Origin: Octopus bimaculoides
Taxonomy: Eukaryota
DNA length: 64,000 bases
Reading direction: 5' to 3'
Assembly: GCF_001194135.2 (NCBI RefSeq)
Contig: NC_068993.1
Span: 56,907,741-56,971,740 of the forward strand
In this document: positions 1-13,779 of the stretch, piece after piece
Layout of the letters: each line of letters starts with the position of its first letter
Position numbering within the stretch: the stretch's first letter is position 1
Translations under genes and position numbers: made by a program
The notes under the pieces: generated by a model
Database searches by the model: none
What the model was told of the DNA's origin: nothing
The model's input: only the letters and a program-made list of their open reading frames with translations

Positions 1-160
1 CGTGCTCTGTAACACATATTGCTGTGCTGTCAATTATTTCCCTGCTCTACACTGAACTCCAAAATATTTACACGCGGTTTAAAAATAAGGGTAACTCTCA
101 AAGTTATACACAGCAAACTTATAATAATAATAATAGTGATAAAAATAAATAATAATTTAA

Positions 161-280
161 TTCTTTATTGCCCACAGGGGGAGCTAAACATAGAGGGGAC
201 AAACAAGGACAGACAAAGTTACTAAATCGGTTACATCGATCCCAGGCCGAAAGGATGAAAGGCAAAGTCGACCACAACGA
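161..280 (-). mobile_element. SINE family B, internally deleted 3' fragment between (TAA)n tracts
   Basis: Contains 'ttacatcgatcccag..ccgaaaggatgaaaggcaaagtcgacc', shared with copies at 36.0, 39.4 and 62.0 kb and (reverse) 27.6 kb. Confidence 0.75.

Positions 281-281
<1 letters not shown>

Positions 282-342
<61 letters not shown>
282..342. repeat. (TAA)n microsatellite
   Basis: Direct read of the sequence. Confidence 0.95.
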
Positions 343-343
<1 letters not shown>

Positions 344-2740
344 CTTGACCATTTCAATACAATGACCCTTCTTTCTCTCTTTTACTACATCCATCTCTCT
401 ATCTGTCTGACTATCAGTCTATCTATCTATCTCTCTATCTGCCTGTCTATGTATCTATCTGCTTATACATCTTCCATTGTCTCCAAAACTTCACCCCCAA
501 AAAACAAAAAAAACAAAAAAAAACAAAATAATGTTCTGTTAGAAAAAAAAAACCCAAAACACCTGTTTTATATAAATAAGCNNNNNNNNNNNNNNNNNNN
601 NNNNNNNNNNNNNNNNNNNNNNNNNNNNNNNNNNNNNNNNNNNNNNNNNNNNNNNNNNNNNNNNNNNNNNNNNNNNNNNNNNNNNNNNNNNNNNNNNNNN
701 NNNNNNNNNNNNNNNNNNNNNNNNNNNNNNNNNNNNNNNNNNNNNNNNNNNNNNNNNNNNNNNNNNNNNNNNNNNNNNNNNNNNNNNNNNNNNNNNNNNN
801 NNNNNNNNNNNNNNNNNNNNNNNNNNNNNNNNNNNNNNNNNNNNNNNNNNNNNNNNNNNNNNNNNNNNNNNNNNNNNNNNNNNNNNNNNNNNNNNNNNNN
901 NNNNNNNNNNNNNNNNNNNNNNNNNNNNNNNNNNNNNNNNNNNNNNNNNNNNNNNNNNNNNNNNNNNNNNNNNNNNNNNNNNNNNNNNNNNNNNNNNNNN
1001 NNNNNNNNNNNNNNNNNNNNNNNNNNNNNNNNNNNNNNNNNNNNNNNNNNNNNNNNNNNNNNNNNNNNNNNNNNNNNNNNNNNNNNNNNNNNNNNNNNNN
1101 NNNNNNNNNNNNNNNNNNNNNNNNNNNNNNNNNNNNNNNNNNNNNNNNNNNNNNNNNNNNNNNNNNNNNNNNNNNNNNNNNNNNNNNNNNNNNNNNNNNN
1201 NNNNNNNNNNNNNNNNNNNNNNNNNNNNNNNNNNNNNNNNNNNNNNNNNNNNNNNNNNNNNNNNNNNNNNNNNNNNNNNNNNNNNNNNNNNNNNNNNNNN
1301 NNNNNNNNNNNNNNNNNNNNNNNNNNNNNNNNNNNNNNNNNNNNNNNNNNNNNNNNNNNNNNNNNNNNNNNNNNNNNNNNNNNNNNNNNNNNNNNNNNNN
1401 NNNNNNNNNNNNNNNNNNNNNNNNNNNNNNNNNNNNNNNNNGGGAATGAAGTTTATCTGTATATATCTTCATCAAAGAAGCGGGAAATACTTCCGGGTTG
1501 TTTTTTGGGGTACCCTTGTGGAGACAGGAATAAAAAATTCAACATTGAATGTATTCCGTGTATATATTTGATAAATAAATTCAAAAAAGGATAAAACTTT
1601 TTTACAAGAATTTTATCAAGAAGCCAGTGTGTAAAAAAATTCATTAGGGAAATTTCTATTCCCAAGAATATAATTATTCGTTTATATTTATATAAAGGGC
1701 ATTATTATAGAAAAATAATAACGCCACACGGTGGACTTCTCAAAATAACCACATTTAGTACCTATGCGAGGAAAAAACAACCAACAGAAGATGACCAACT
1801 GTCTTTTAAAATAGACTTAATTTCGTATCGACCGATTTCGTATGTACTCGTATGTATGTACTCATATATAAATCGCAAATATTACGCAAACTTTCACTTC
1901 ACTTCGAAATGCGTTGCAAGTATAGTTGGTGCAGAAATAATTGTACCTGATTATAAAAAATGTTAAAGAATTTCTTTGTTTTATTATTTGGATTATATAT
2001 ATGTAAGTAGGTATGCATGTATGTATGCATGTATATGAGTGTGTGTGTGTCTGTGTGTTTATTCTTGTGCTTGTAAGTGCATTACTATGATGGAGAAAAT
2101 ATCACAGGAATACCAAAGGTAAATTTCTTAAATAGGGTTGTATTGAAGCTCGTAAAACCTTTTTCAACCTTTAGTTGAATGTGAACATTAATAATCATCA
2201 TTCAGAAGTGAACTTTTGCGACAAGTACATGCTTTTAGATCTTACAACGATCATCGGTTGACAAAAAGTAAAATGTGTATTTAAATTTAAATGGCAAAAT
2301 TGTTACTACATATTAAAATCCAATAAATTCAAATTGATTTTCAAATGTGACAGCCACTTGTCTAATCAGCTTGAAATGTTCATTTTGCTTCTGCTGCCCA
2401 TTACATAATTTAAAATATTGATTTGTAACAAAAGAAAAAAAAAAGACAAAACAAAACGGAAATAGACCGAAAAATGACTGGTCATCGGTTATATGGAACT
2501 CGGAGTAACACTTTTAAATGTTTCTCCTTTTCCGTAAAGCTCTTTCTTCCTTTCTTCTTCTGTATCTCTCCCTGTCCCTATATATATANNNNNNNNNNNN
2601 NNNNNNNNNNNNNNNNNNNNNNNNNNNNNNNNNNNNNNNNNNNNNNNNNNNNNNNNNNNNNNNNNNNNNNNNNNNNNNNNNNNNNNNNNNNNNNNNNNNN
2701 NNNNNNNNNNNNNNNNNNNNNNNNNNNNNNNNNNNNNATA

Positions 2741-2992
2741 TAGGGGACGTAAACACACCACCATCGGTTGTCAAGCGATCTTGGGGGTACAAACATAGGC
2801 ACACACACACATATATATATACATATACACAACGGGCTTCTTTCAGTTTCCGTCTACCAAATCCACTCACAAGGCGTTGGTCGGCCCGAGGCTATAGTAG
2901 AAGACACTTGCCCAAGGTGCCACGCAGTGGGACTGAACCCGGAACCATGTAGTTAGTAAGCAAGCTACTTACCACACAGTCACTCCTGCGCC
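2741..2992 (-). mobile_element. tRNA-derived SINE family A, 3' end lost in the gap
   Basis: Reverse complement begins GGCGCAGGAGTGACTGTGTGGTAAG (A-box-like) and contains GGTTCAGTCCC (B-box-like). Body matches the copies at 9.6, 22.7, 26.2 and 31.6 kb. Confidence 0.9.
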
Positions 2993-3006
2993 TATATGTT
3001 CATATA

Positions 3007-3224
3007 CAGTAATCCTTCGCCATATCGCGGTTCGCCTATCGCGGTTCACCTATCGCGGTTTATTATTTAAGCTTACGTCGATTCTTCCGTGGTGTTGTTT
3101 TGTATTTTTAATTACATAAATATATACAAATTATAAAAATAATAAAAACGATATACAGTACAGGATCTTCGCCTATAGCGGCGGGCTTTGGAACGTAACA
3201 CTCGCGATAGTCGAGGGATTACTG
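3007..3224. mobile_element. pogo/Tigger-like (Tc1/mariner superfamily) MITE
   Basis: TA|CAGTAATCCTTCGCCATATCGCG ... CGCGATAGTCGAGGGATTACTG|TA: about 22-bp TIRs, TA flanking both ends, 218 bp, no ORF. Confidence 0.85.
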
Positions 3225-3233
3225 TATGTATAT

Positions 3234-3535
3234 GAGGGCGCATAATCTAGTGGTTCGGGTGTTGTAATCACGATCGCGAGATCGTGGTTTCAAATACTAG
3301 ACCGGGTAGTGCGTTGTGTTCTTGATCAAAACACGTCATGTCTCGTAGCTCTGAGATCACTTCGACACCTGAGGCGTGGCGCACCGTGCACCTGTTCAGG
3401 TAATATCGATTTGAAGGGAGGAGTTAGGAAATGCACAGCACCTATATTTGACTACTAATAACAAAATTATTTGTGCAGGTCTTTGGGCAAAAACTGTACT
3501 CTCCCGTTGAGGACGGCAGAGTCCACCATCCTTAC
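3234..3535 (+). mobile_element. tRNA-derived SINE, D/E group
   Basis: Head GAGGGCGCATAATCTAGTGGTT..GGTTTCAAATAC followed by 'gcgttgtgttcttga.caaaacac', also seen at 6.5, 9.4 and 63.4 kb. Confidence 0.7.
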
Positions 3536-6263
3536 ACACAAGCTCACAAAAACAAACACACACACACACATACACGCACGCACATGTATGTTTGTGTTTG
3601 TGACACACACATATGCAAACTGATTCTGAATAAAACATCAGAGGCTAGGACTAGAACACTTCTGGTCTTTGTAGCTGTGCCACCTAATGTTAAAAAAAAA
3701 AACGACAACAAACAACTGCGTTACATTAATCAGACCATCTCATTTGAATATATAATGAGCATCATTTTGCTCTTATTTTGTATGCAGAATCGGTAAAGAG
3801 GCGAAGAAAACGCGTTGCGGTATTTCGGTTATGTTCCTTTGTTTAGAATTCCAATCTTGCCATTACCAATATGAACTCTCTTCTTTTTAAGGTCGTAAAA
3901 TTCTAGTACTAGTTAAGTACTGGCCTCCATGTAACCTACTAAACCGCCCTATCTAAAGAAAAAAAAAATCATTATTATGTGCCTACTTTTATTTTGTTTT
4001 ATTTTATTTTTGTCTGAATTTTTATTTTTATTCAAAATTAATATTGAAATTCGCTGAAAAAAAGGAAAACAACGTAATATTTTCCATATTTCCATAATTC
4101 TTATTGATTTTAACTTTATCCTAAATCTAAAAATCCTATTAGGATTTTACGGATGTAGAGTGATTAAAAATTTATGTTTAAACTTGAATTGATTTGAAAA
4201 TTACTTTTTAAAGAACGAATTAATTCTTCTCATTCTAATACATCGAGCAGAACTATGATCAAAAGCGTATGCCAGCCGAGAACCAATGAAGGGGGTCTCT
4301 ATGCGAACGCTCGGTTTGGATAGAAATAACAGAGAAATGTCACTGTAATCACATCTTATAGTATTCAAACAGGAAGGAAACATTGGATAATGTAGTTATC
4401 GATATTCTACTATTTTTTGGAAAAAGAAACAACAAAAACAACAACAAAACAAACACGTGACGGTCACGGTTTTAACGTCTTTGATCAGTGATCTGATCGA
4501 TCAGGAGTTGTATGTAGCTAACCAATACTAAGAACAGCAACAACGACAACAACAACAAACACTACAAAAACATCATTAACAACAACAATAACAAATGTAA
4601 CGACTGGAAACCATTTCATGAGGCGTTGGACTATAGATGTTCTTTCACAAGAAAACACCTTGCCAATGCGAAATAAATAATGTTTTCAAACTTCATCTCT
4701 CGGTTTTGTCTGATTTCTACACTATTTTCTTTCTTTTTTTTTTTTTGTATTTGTATTGCACGCTCTTTCGCATTTCTCGCTCGTTCCCTTTCTCTCTTTC
4801 TTTCCATGCGGTTTTGTATATTTACACTAACGTTTAAAAATAGTTCAAAATACTATACTGTGGTGCTTGTCATATAGAAAAGAAAACCCCAACATATCAT
4901 CCGTCATCGCCAACAATTCTTAACGCAAACCGTACGTCCACAAATACACATACACACGGATAAATGCGCACGATTTGACAGAGGCACAAACGCAAGGACA
5001 AACATACTCGCGGGTCAACACACAAAGGCATTTACAAAGTGCAAATCCTTTAATCATATCCTTAACATAATTTCAAAGCAACTCCATTGCTTGTTGGCCT
5101 ATAAGGCTTCCTTAATGCGGTTGAGATGAGTCCATCAAAGCATTGAGTGTTAAAAGATCTGAAAGCCATAGACAAGCGTGACAGGCGAAACAACTTACCC
5201 TGAATCCCATTTAAAAGCGATGAACATCGATGTTTCGCTACTTTTGTAGCTTATCAACATATACATGCTTATTATGCGTACAACTATTAATATACGGACG
5301 ATTAACGTCGTTTTCTGAACGTTCCAAGTCGATGTCCCACTACCATCTGTATCTTAGAAAAAAGATCCCCAATCTATTCCAGAATTCTTTCAATCTAAAC
5401 TTAATATTTATCATCTTCCACACCAGTCATCCTCTTTAACCATCGCCCCTTAATGCCATAACGAATGGAACTTTGCCACGCGTAATTAAACCTCCAATTA
5501 TCCGATAATTTTGCGCCCCGTGGTACTTCCACCAACAAAAGTTTCTCCATATTTAAACGTATGTTTATGCATTTTTATTTCCCCTAACACGATTATACAT
5601 TGCTACATTAATATCATTTTATTCTATTTACTATTTGATCGCATGCATATTTTAATTCGCTACACTAAATTTAAAAAAAAAATTATTCATTTTTCCCCCT
5701 ACGCAAAAATGTTTTCTACACAATTTTTCATCGTATTTTTCAAATTCCTTCGTATGAACTTTAACTTTCTATATTTTATCGTTTGCATTTCGAATATGTT
5801 TTTAATATATTTGATTTAATAACGTTATGCTCCACGAACATGAAATTTTCTACACATATTTTCATCATATGATTCCGTCTAAAGAAATTTATATATTTTA
5901 TAGTTAACGCCTTTGCACGAACTTGCATTTTAAATACGTTATTAATATGTTTTGTTTTACAAATTAATTGCATGCATACTTAATTCAATAAATTTTTATG
6001 GTCTACACGGTCTTTTAACATACAAACTGATATTGTGCATTTTATTATTATTATTATTATTATTGTTATTATGTTTCCACTGATTTTAGTCGCTATCTAT
6101 ACCGACTCGATATTCCATTTAAAATTTTTTTACTCAAATCAAGTATTTCAGCAAAACAGTGTAACCTATTTTCATCACCGATTTAAAATATAAATTTTTT
6201 CTTTAAATAGTTTTTGCACGATTATATACCTAAATATAATATACATATATCCATACATACATA

Positions 6264-6400
6264 CAGTGTTCAATTGGTACTTAATTTACGACCCCAAAAC
6301 GATGAAAGGTAAAGTCGACCTCAGCGGAATTTGAACTCAGAACGAATCAACGCTAAGCATTTAGCCCGGTGTGCTAATGAGTCTGCCAGCTCGCCGCCTT
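6264..6400 (-). mobile_element. SINE family B, 5' part
   Basis: Reverse complement begins AAGGCGGCGAGCTGGCAGACTCATTAGCAC and contains GTTCTGAGTTCAAATTCCGCTGAGGTCGAC. Confidence 0.85.
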
Positions 6401-6444
6401 AATATACTCACTAATAATAATGGTTGTATATGCGATGCTGAGTA

Positions 6445-6596
6445 GGCGCGTGCCTTAGTAATTAGGCTGTTGGATCGTAAGATTGCGGTTTCAGTTTTTG
6501 AACCGGGCCACGCGTTGTGATCTTGAGCAAAACACTCCATTTCAAGTTGCTCCAGTCCGACCAGCTAGTATTAAATGCACCGGCGACCCATTCAGG

Positions 6597-6652
<56 letters not shown>

Positions 6653-6725
6653 AGCATATGTACCATGGAAACCCAGAAACTGGCTCTTTGAGCCTATATG
6701 TCTCAGCAAGTGTCTTTATCCTTCC
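6445..6725 (+). mobile_element. tRNA-derived SINE, D/E group, with internal (GT)n
   Basis: tRNA-like head, 'gcgttgtgatcttgagcaaaacact..ttgctccagtcc', and a 3' 'ggaaacc..gaaactggc' tail also seen at 41.9 kb. Confidence 0.7.
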
Positions 6726-7081
6726 ACCCTGTATATAACAATAGCGTAGAATGTTTCAGCAGTGTCAGACATTTGCTGAAGAGATCTTAACGATGATCGA
6801 AACATGTTCGACTCAATCCATTTTTCTATCCACAGAGAGATTCTATGAATATGATGAATTTTAATTAATCTATACACGCAATGTCGGCTTGAGATTTATA
6901 GTTTTATTATATTTGTAAAACACACACACATGTACCTTCATATGTATTTCAAATATAACGACGCAAAATTTGTACGCATCATCCACACACATATATACTC
7001 TCATGTAAATGTACATATATTATTATAAGCATGTATCATATATAATGCACACTTAAACACATACACGCACAAAGACATGTG

Positions 7082-7126
<45 letters not shown>

Positions 7127-7174
7127 GTATATACATACATACACATATTTACCCGTATATATGATTGTGTTTGT

Positions 7175-7355
7175 GAAGAGACAGCGAGAAAGAGAGAGGG
7201 GGAGAGAAAGCGGTGAGAAGGAGGGAGGGAGAGAGAGAAGGGGAGAGAGAAAGGAAGAAGAGAGACAGGGAGCAAGGGAGAGAAAGAGGGGCAGAGAGAG
7301 AGAGAGTGGGAGAGAGAGAGAGTGGGAGAGAGAGAGAGTGGGAGAGAGAGAGAGG
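7175..7355. repeat. GA-rich polypurine low-complexity tract, followed by (TATG)n at about 7520-7660
   Basis: Direct read of the sequence. Confidence 0.9.
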
Positions 7356-7608
7356 GTGCAAAATGGTTTCTTACAATTACAGAGAGCACATGCGGAGATA
7401 GCGTATTTTCACGATATGCACAGTAACTGCACTTAGACCGTGCATGCATTATTTTACTTAGAGAATTAATAAGGTAATGCACGTTTCCTGTAATGGATGA
7501 TGTTACAGCTAATATAATCTATGTATGAACGTATGGATGCATGTATGTATGTATGTATGCGTGTATGTATGTACGTATGTACGTATGTATGTATGTATGT
7601 GTGGGTTG

Positions 7609-7641
<33 letters not shown>

Positions 7642-8667
7642 TGTATGTATGTACGTATGTGTCTATCTATCTTTCTATACTTAGCTTTCTCTCTGTCTAC
7701 CTTTCCCTCTCTCTTCCTCACTCCATTCACCCTCTCTCTCATTGTATATATATATATATGCATATGTTTATGCGAGTGTGTATACGTGAGTATATACATN
7801 NNNNNNNNNNNNNNNNNNNNNNNNNNNNNNNNNNNNNNNNNNNNNNNNNNNNNNNNNNNNNNNNNNNNNNNNNNNNNNNNNNNNNNNNNNNNNNNNNNNN
7901 NNNNNNNNNNNNNNNNNNNNNNNNNNNNNNNNNNNNNNNNNNNNNNNNNNNNNNNNNNNNNNNNNNNNNNNNNNNNNNNNNNNNNNNNNNNNNNNNNNNN
8001 NNNNNNNNNNNNNNNNNNNNNNNNNNNNNNNNNNNNNNNNNNNNNNNNNNNNNNNNNNNNNNNNNNNNNNNNNNNNNNNNNNNNNNNNNNNNNNNNNNNN
8101 NNNNNNNNNNNNNNNNNNNNNNNNNNNNNNNNNNNNNNNNNNNNNNNNNNNNNNNNNNNNNNNNNNNNNNNNNNNNNNNNNNNNNNNNNNNNNNNNNNNN
8201 NNNNNNNNNNNNNNNNNNNNNNNNNNNNNNNNNNNNNNNNNNNNNNNNNNNNNNNNNNNNNNNNNNNNNNNNNNNNNNNNNNNNNNNNNNNNNNNNNNNN
8301 NNNNNNNNNNNNNNNNNNNNNNNNNNNNNNNNNNNNNNNNNNNNNNNNNNNNNNNNNNNNNNNNNNNNNNNNNNNNNNNNNNNNNNNNNNNNNNATATAC
8401 TACTTTATAATTTAACTGGCTTTTCTCCATAACATTGTTCTAAGTAGAAATTTCATGATATTTCATGTCTGAAAGATACTAAATCCTGATATTGCTAGCA
8501 ACCCGGAGGGCAGTGTCATCAACAATTTCCCTTTGATATCACATTTCTAATCACGTATTGAACCTGCTCTGCCGCTTTTGCTTTCAACTTAGTCATATCT
8601 GTCTGTGAGATGAATAAAACACAATATATATTGTAGACACGGCATTTCTTTTGATAGCACACCTGAA

Positions 8668-8668
<1 letters not shown>

Positions 8669-8745
<77 letters not shown>
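8669..8745. repeat. (TATC)n microsatellite
   Basis: Direct read of the sequence. Confidence 0.95.
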
Positions 8746-8747
<2 letters not shown>

Positions 8748-9304
8748 GTTATCTTTCTGTCTATCCATCTGTCTTTTATCAAAGCTCCCAGTCTATATAT
8801 GTATATGTATGCATATATATCATATGTATATATGCATACATGTATGTGTGTATGAATGTGCATATATATACATGTATATGTTTCTTAGTATTTGTATTGT
8901 GTAATATTTTCTGTCATACGCTGTTCCTCAGGCACCTTATATGATTCCATACACGCACATAGAAGTACAGACATGCAGGCATACACATCTCACACACATA
9001 CAGACACATATGCATTTCATATATGATATATAATATAGGTATCATATATAATATGTATAATATATGTAAATATGTGTGTGTGTATATGTGCGTATATGCT
9101 TCTAAGTTTACGTGTGTGTGTGTGTGTGTGTGTGTTTGATTTTCAAAAGGAAAGGAATAATGTTTTCACTGAAGTAGACTTTAGATATTTACTATATTGG
9201 TGCTATTCTTCTGTTAGTACATGCCACACACACACACACATAGGCACACGCATACACACGCACTTATATACGCACACACAGACACGCACACACACACGCA
9301 CACA

Positions 9305-9345
<41 letters not shown>

Positions 9346-9359
9346 GTATATATATATGC

Positions 9360-9465
9360 GTGAAAGCGCATGGTTCAGTGGTTAGAGCGTGGGGCTCACA
9401 ATCAAGACATAGGAAGTTCGATTTCCGAACCCAGCTGTGGGTTGTGTTCTTGAGCAAGTAACGGC
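9360..9465 (+). mobile_element. SINE D/E group, head only
   Basis: 'gcgcatggttcagtggttagagcg..gttcgatttcc..gttgtgttcttgagcaag'. Confidence 0.7.
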
Positions 9466-9573
9466 TATTTTTACAGGTTGAACCTCCGCATAGAGGCAAA
9501 GAAGCAGATAGCATTTTTAGTAAGAATATGTTTCTCATCGGTTATTAATTCGGAGTTACAGAAGAACAAAGAA

Positions 9574-9960
9574 TTACTCTTTTACTCTTTTACTTGTTTC
9601 AGTCATTTGACTGCGGCCACGCTGAAGCACCGCCTTTAGTCGATTAAATCGACCCCAGGACTCATTCTTTGTAATTCTAGTACTTATTGTATCGGTCACT
9701 AAGTTACGGAGATGCAAACACACCACCATCAGTTGTCATTCGATGTTGGAGGGGTGGAGACAAACTTATACACACACATATAGAAACATATACATATGTA
9801 TATGACGGGCTTCTTTCAGTTTCCGTCTACCAAATCCACTCACAAGGCGTTGGTCGGCCCGAGGCATATAATAGAAGACACTTGCCCAAGGTGCCACGCA
9901 GTGGGAATCAACCCGGAACCATGTGGTTGATAAGCAAGCTACTTACCACACAGCCACTTC
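9574..9960 (-). mobile_element. SINE family A, near full length (about 390 bp)
   Basis: tRNA-like head at the right end, central (CA/TA) tract, and a repeated AAAAGAGT tail at the left end. Matches the other family A copies. Confidence 0.9.
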
Positions 9961-12091
9961 TTATTTCAATATAAAATGTGAGCCAGGGCATTTACTTTAA
10001 CTCAGGCAGCGTTGAGTCAATTGCATCATGTAAAGAACCCCTTATCTACTTCTTGGAGAGCGGCAGATCAATGACAATCTGTACAGACCGAATTATCTAC
10101 TGCCACGCTTGCCTATCTTTCTGCCTCGCACTTAGAAATGATATAGCGGACACATTGAAATGATTTCCCCCAGTAAACAAAAGAAAAATGATGGATATAG
10201 CAGTAAACTGTTCCATCAAACCTCAATCGTGAAGGTCAAAGAGTAACCAAGTAACTGCACACAATGAACAAGTGGTCGCTCCAGTTCTATACTACGTCAT
10301 AAAGAGAAATAATTCAACATACAGCTGTTCCGAAGTTGGCAAACAAGTCCATCTTATATTTATTGCTTTTATATATACTCAAGTATTAGATATGAAGCCC
10401 GACTCCCGCAATCAGAAAGGCAAATTTTTATAAGTAAACTGTCTGTTTATACAACCAAGAATTTCCTTGGCATGAAATTAAATTATAGTGGATGAAAGTT
10501 TCCTCCAAACTTTGTAACCGAACATTGGTTTGGACAACCAGAACGTGAACGAATCTGCGGTTTTGTATAAAAGTATTTTCTCTATCAGAAATATTTGGAG
10601 AATCACTTGGGTTTCAGCAATGCCGAAATGACTTTACGGTGTGTTTGTTCAACGAGCCGACTTATCCCATGTTTTCGATCAATATTTCTTGATGGTTGTT
10701 GGCCCTGTGTTAGGTCCACACGTCAGCGTAACACGTCTGGTGTTTGCCAGGTTGTGTTTCTACTTACGTTCATAATCTCGCTCATCTAACGAGAAAAACG
10801 ATTCCGTCATCCATCACAAGTCCTCGTAACTGGTTCTTATGGATACCGTCAAGATCATAGCACGCAGAACAACCGGAACTATACATACATTTACACATAT
10901 GCACATATAAATACATGCAGATTTCCACCGTGCATCCATCCATACATGCGTATACACATGCATACATACAGACATGCATACATGCATGTAGATATACATA
11001 CACAAATACGAATTTACGTTTGTTATTTCTTTTATGCTTCTGATGAGAATCGGATCATCACATTTACAGTTCTGTGCCCTAGAGTGGCTCATGAAGTCTA
11101 NNNNNNNNNNNNNNNNNNNNNNNNNNNNNNNNNNNNNNNNNNNNNNNNNNNNNNNNNNNNNNNNNNNNNNNNNNNNNNNNNNNNNNNNNNNNNNNNNNNN
11201 NNNNNNNNNNNNNNNNNNNNNNNNNNNNNNNNNNNNNNNNNNNNNNNNNNNNNNNNNNNNNNNNNNNNNNNNNNNNNNNNNNNNNNNNNNNNNNNNNNNN
11301 NNNNNNNNNNNNNNNNNNNNNNNNNNNNNNNNNNNNNNNNNNNNNNNNNNNNNNNNNNNNNNNNNNNNNNNNNNNNNNNNNNNNNNNNNNNNNNNNNNNN
11401 NNNNNNNNNNNNNNNNNNNNNNNNNNNNNNNNNNNNNNNNNNNNNNNNNNNNNNNNNNNNNNNNNNNNNNNNNNNNNNNNNNNNNNNNNNNNNNNNNNNN
11501 NNNNNNNNNNNNNNNNNNNNNNNNNNNNNNNNNNNNNNNNNNNNNNNNNNNNNNNNNNNNNNNNNNNNNNNNNNNNNNNNNNNNNNNNNNNNNNNNNNNN
11601 NNNNNNNNATATATGTATATATATAATGTCTATGTATGTATGTATTTGAGTTTATAAATAAGAAAGCATTCACAACACACAACACAAGTAAAGCAGACGG
11701 TTGAAACGTATCTTTCTTCATTAATTGCTACAATGAATAAAGATATTTACTTCTTCATCAATCGGTGAATCAATAAAAGACCTTGAAGAATTTGCTAATG
11801 AAAAACATTCGTCTTTACGAAAGCGTATGACATGTTCAAAGAGAGGAAACTCCAGCTGATGGATGTCAGCTTCTCGTCACATCTTTTCTGGCATCTAAAA
11901 TTGTATAGAATAAAATATTGATTTCTAAATGGTCTCGTGAAAATATTACTTCTTTCGAAATATTACATATAAACACTCGAGACACACACAGGAGCACATG
12001 CATACACTCACACAAACATGTATATATATGTGTATGAGTATATGTATATGTCAATATACTCAAACATACACCCACACACCCACACACACAA

Positions 12092-12130
<39 letters not shown>

Positions 12131-12337
12131 NNNNNNNNNNNNNNNNNNNNNNNNNNNNNNNNNNNNNNNNNNNNNNNNNNNNNNNNNNNNNNNNNNNNNN
12201 NNNNNNNNNNNNNNNNNNNNNNNNNNNNNNNNNNNNNNNNNNNNNNNNNNNNNNNNNNNNNNNNNNNNNNNNNNNNNNNNNNNNNNNNNNNNNNNNNNNN
12301 NNNNNNNNNNNNNNNNNNNNNNNNNNNNNNNNNNNNN

Positions 12338-12373
<36 letters not shown>

Positions 12374-13382
12374 AATATATGTATGTATATATATTTATAT
12401 ATATATATACGTATGTCTGTATACCTTTATATCTATATATATTTATGTATGTATGTATGTATGTATGTACGTATGTATATATATATATGTATGTATATGT
12501 GTACATGTATATGTCTATGTGTGCGTGTGCGCGTGTGAGTGTGTATGTGCGTTAATTAATTACGCGCTAAAGAGCATTCATTCTGTACCACATCTGCTGA
12601 GGCACAGAAGGTAAACCTTTCATTTCGCAACACACCAAAGACTTAGTTGTATTGTAACAATTGAAAGCGAACGTCGTTTTTTTTTCTCTTTTTTTCTCCG
12701 TTGACAGAGAGAATAGTTAGCGATTCATTGAAATTAATTAATTAATTTTGAACTAAACAGCGAGCTTTCTCTTCAATATCTGTGTTGTAAATGCAAGGTA
12801 AAACTGTTTCCCCATAACACACGCTAGTGCTGTGGCTGTGTCGTGACGAATGAAACAAATGAATACTCTGTTTCTCTCCGAGGACAGAAAATATATGAGT
12901 GTTTCAGCTCACACTTAAATCTCGGATTCTTATTGCAGATGAAATATCCTTTGATGAATAACTATATTTAATAACTAAATATAACCACCAAGTGTAAAGA
13001 GCTAGCTAGACCTGGTTAGTTTCTTTGTATAAAGAGTGTTATACTGGTTCGTTATTATTGAAATTAATTAATTAATTTATTAATTAATTAATTATGCCTT
13101 CTATGATGAGTACCAAACGGAATTGGAAACCGTTAACACAGATTCATTTTCCTGTCGTCGTAGCGCGTTTGTTTCCAATGGTAACAAACAAATGTCGGCT
13201 TTTTTGTGAAAAATACTTCATCGTGTGTCGATGCACAAATGTACCATATATTCACACATATATACGAACATACACATACATACACACACACTCATATATA
13301 TACATACATACATAATACAAGCATGCACATGCATGTTATGCGTATATCTGTTTAGTTGTAAATGTGCTATATATACATCGGA

Positions 13383-13422
<40 letters not shown>

Positions 13423-13779
13423 GCAGCAGGTAAGATGTAAGTCCGAAGCAAGTAGGAAAAAAGGAACGATAAAAGCTATATTAGAGAAATACACAACATA
13501 TTCCATGCCAGATTCTCGCAACATTTCACTCGTTTCTCAGTATTAAGGGAAGGAAATCAAATTCTGTAACAAAGTTAATATAATTTCATCTCAAAAGGAA
13601 AGAAAATGTACTGGGTAAGAAGGGACAGTTGCAACATGTATGCAAAATGATTAACCACCTTGTGAATTTCAGGAAAATACTACATAATTGAGTAAAAACA
13701 AAAGAACAAAAAGTAAGATACTATCACGATGTAGACATTAGAAGAAATTCATTAGAATCTTTTTCTGAATTGCAAACAT

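Noticed and set aside
362-1594. 410-aa ORF and the many other long ORFs containing X
   Set aside because: They are open only because they cross N-gaps or microsatellites; no coding signal.
480-1700. Homopolymer-rich sequence flanking the first gap (similar at 24745-24900)
   Set aside because: Looks like low-quality read ends, so it was not interpreted.
4201-4383. 60-aa minus ORF as a possible exon
   Set aside because: It overlaps 'atcgagcagaactatgatcaaaag..ccagcc', which resembles 23460-23500 and appears to be a dispersed repeat fragment.
10767-10830. Minus-strand ATG..MTESFFSLDERDYE followed by GTAAGT
   Set aside because: Short, with no recognisable homologue; such motif pairs are expected by chance in 64 kb.
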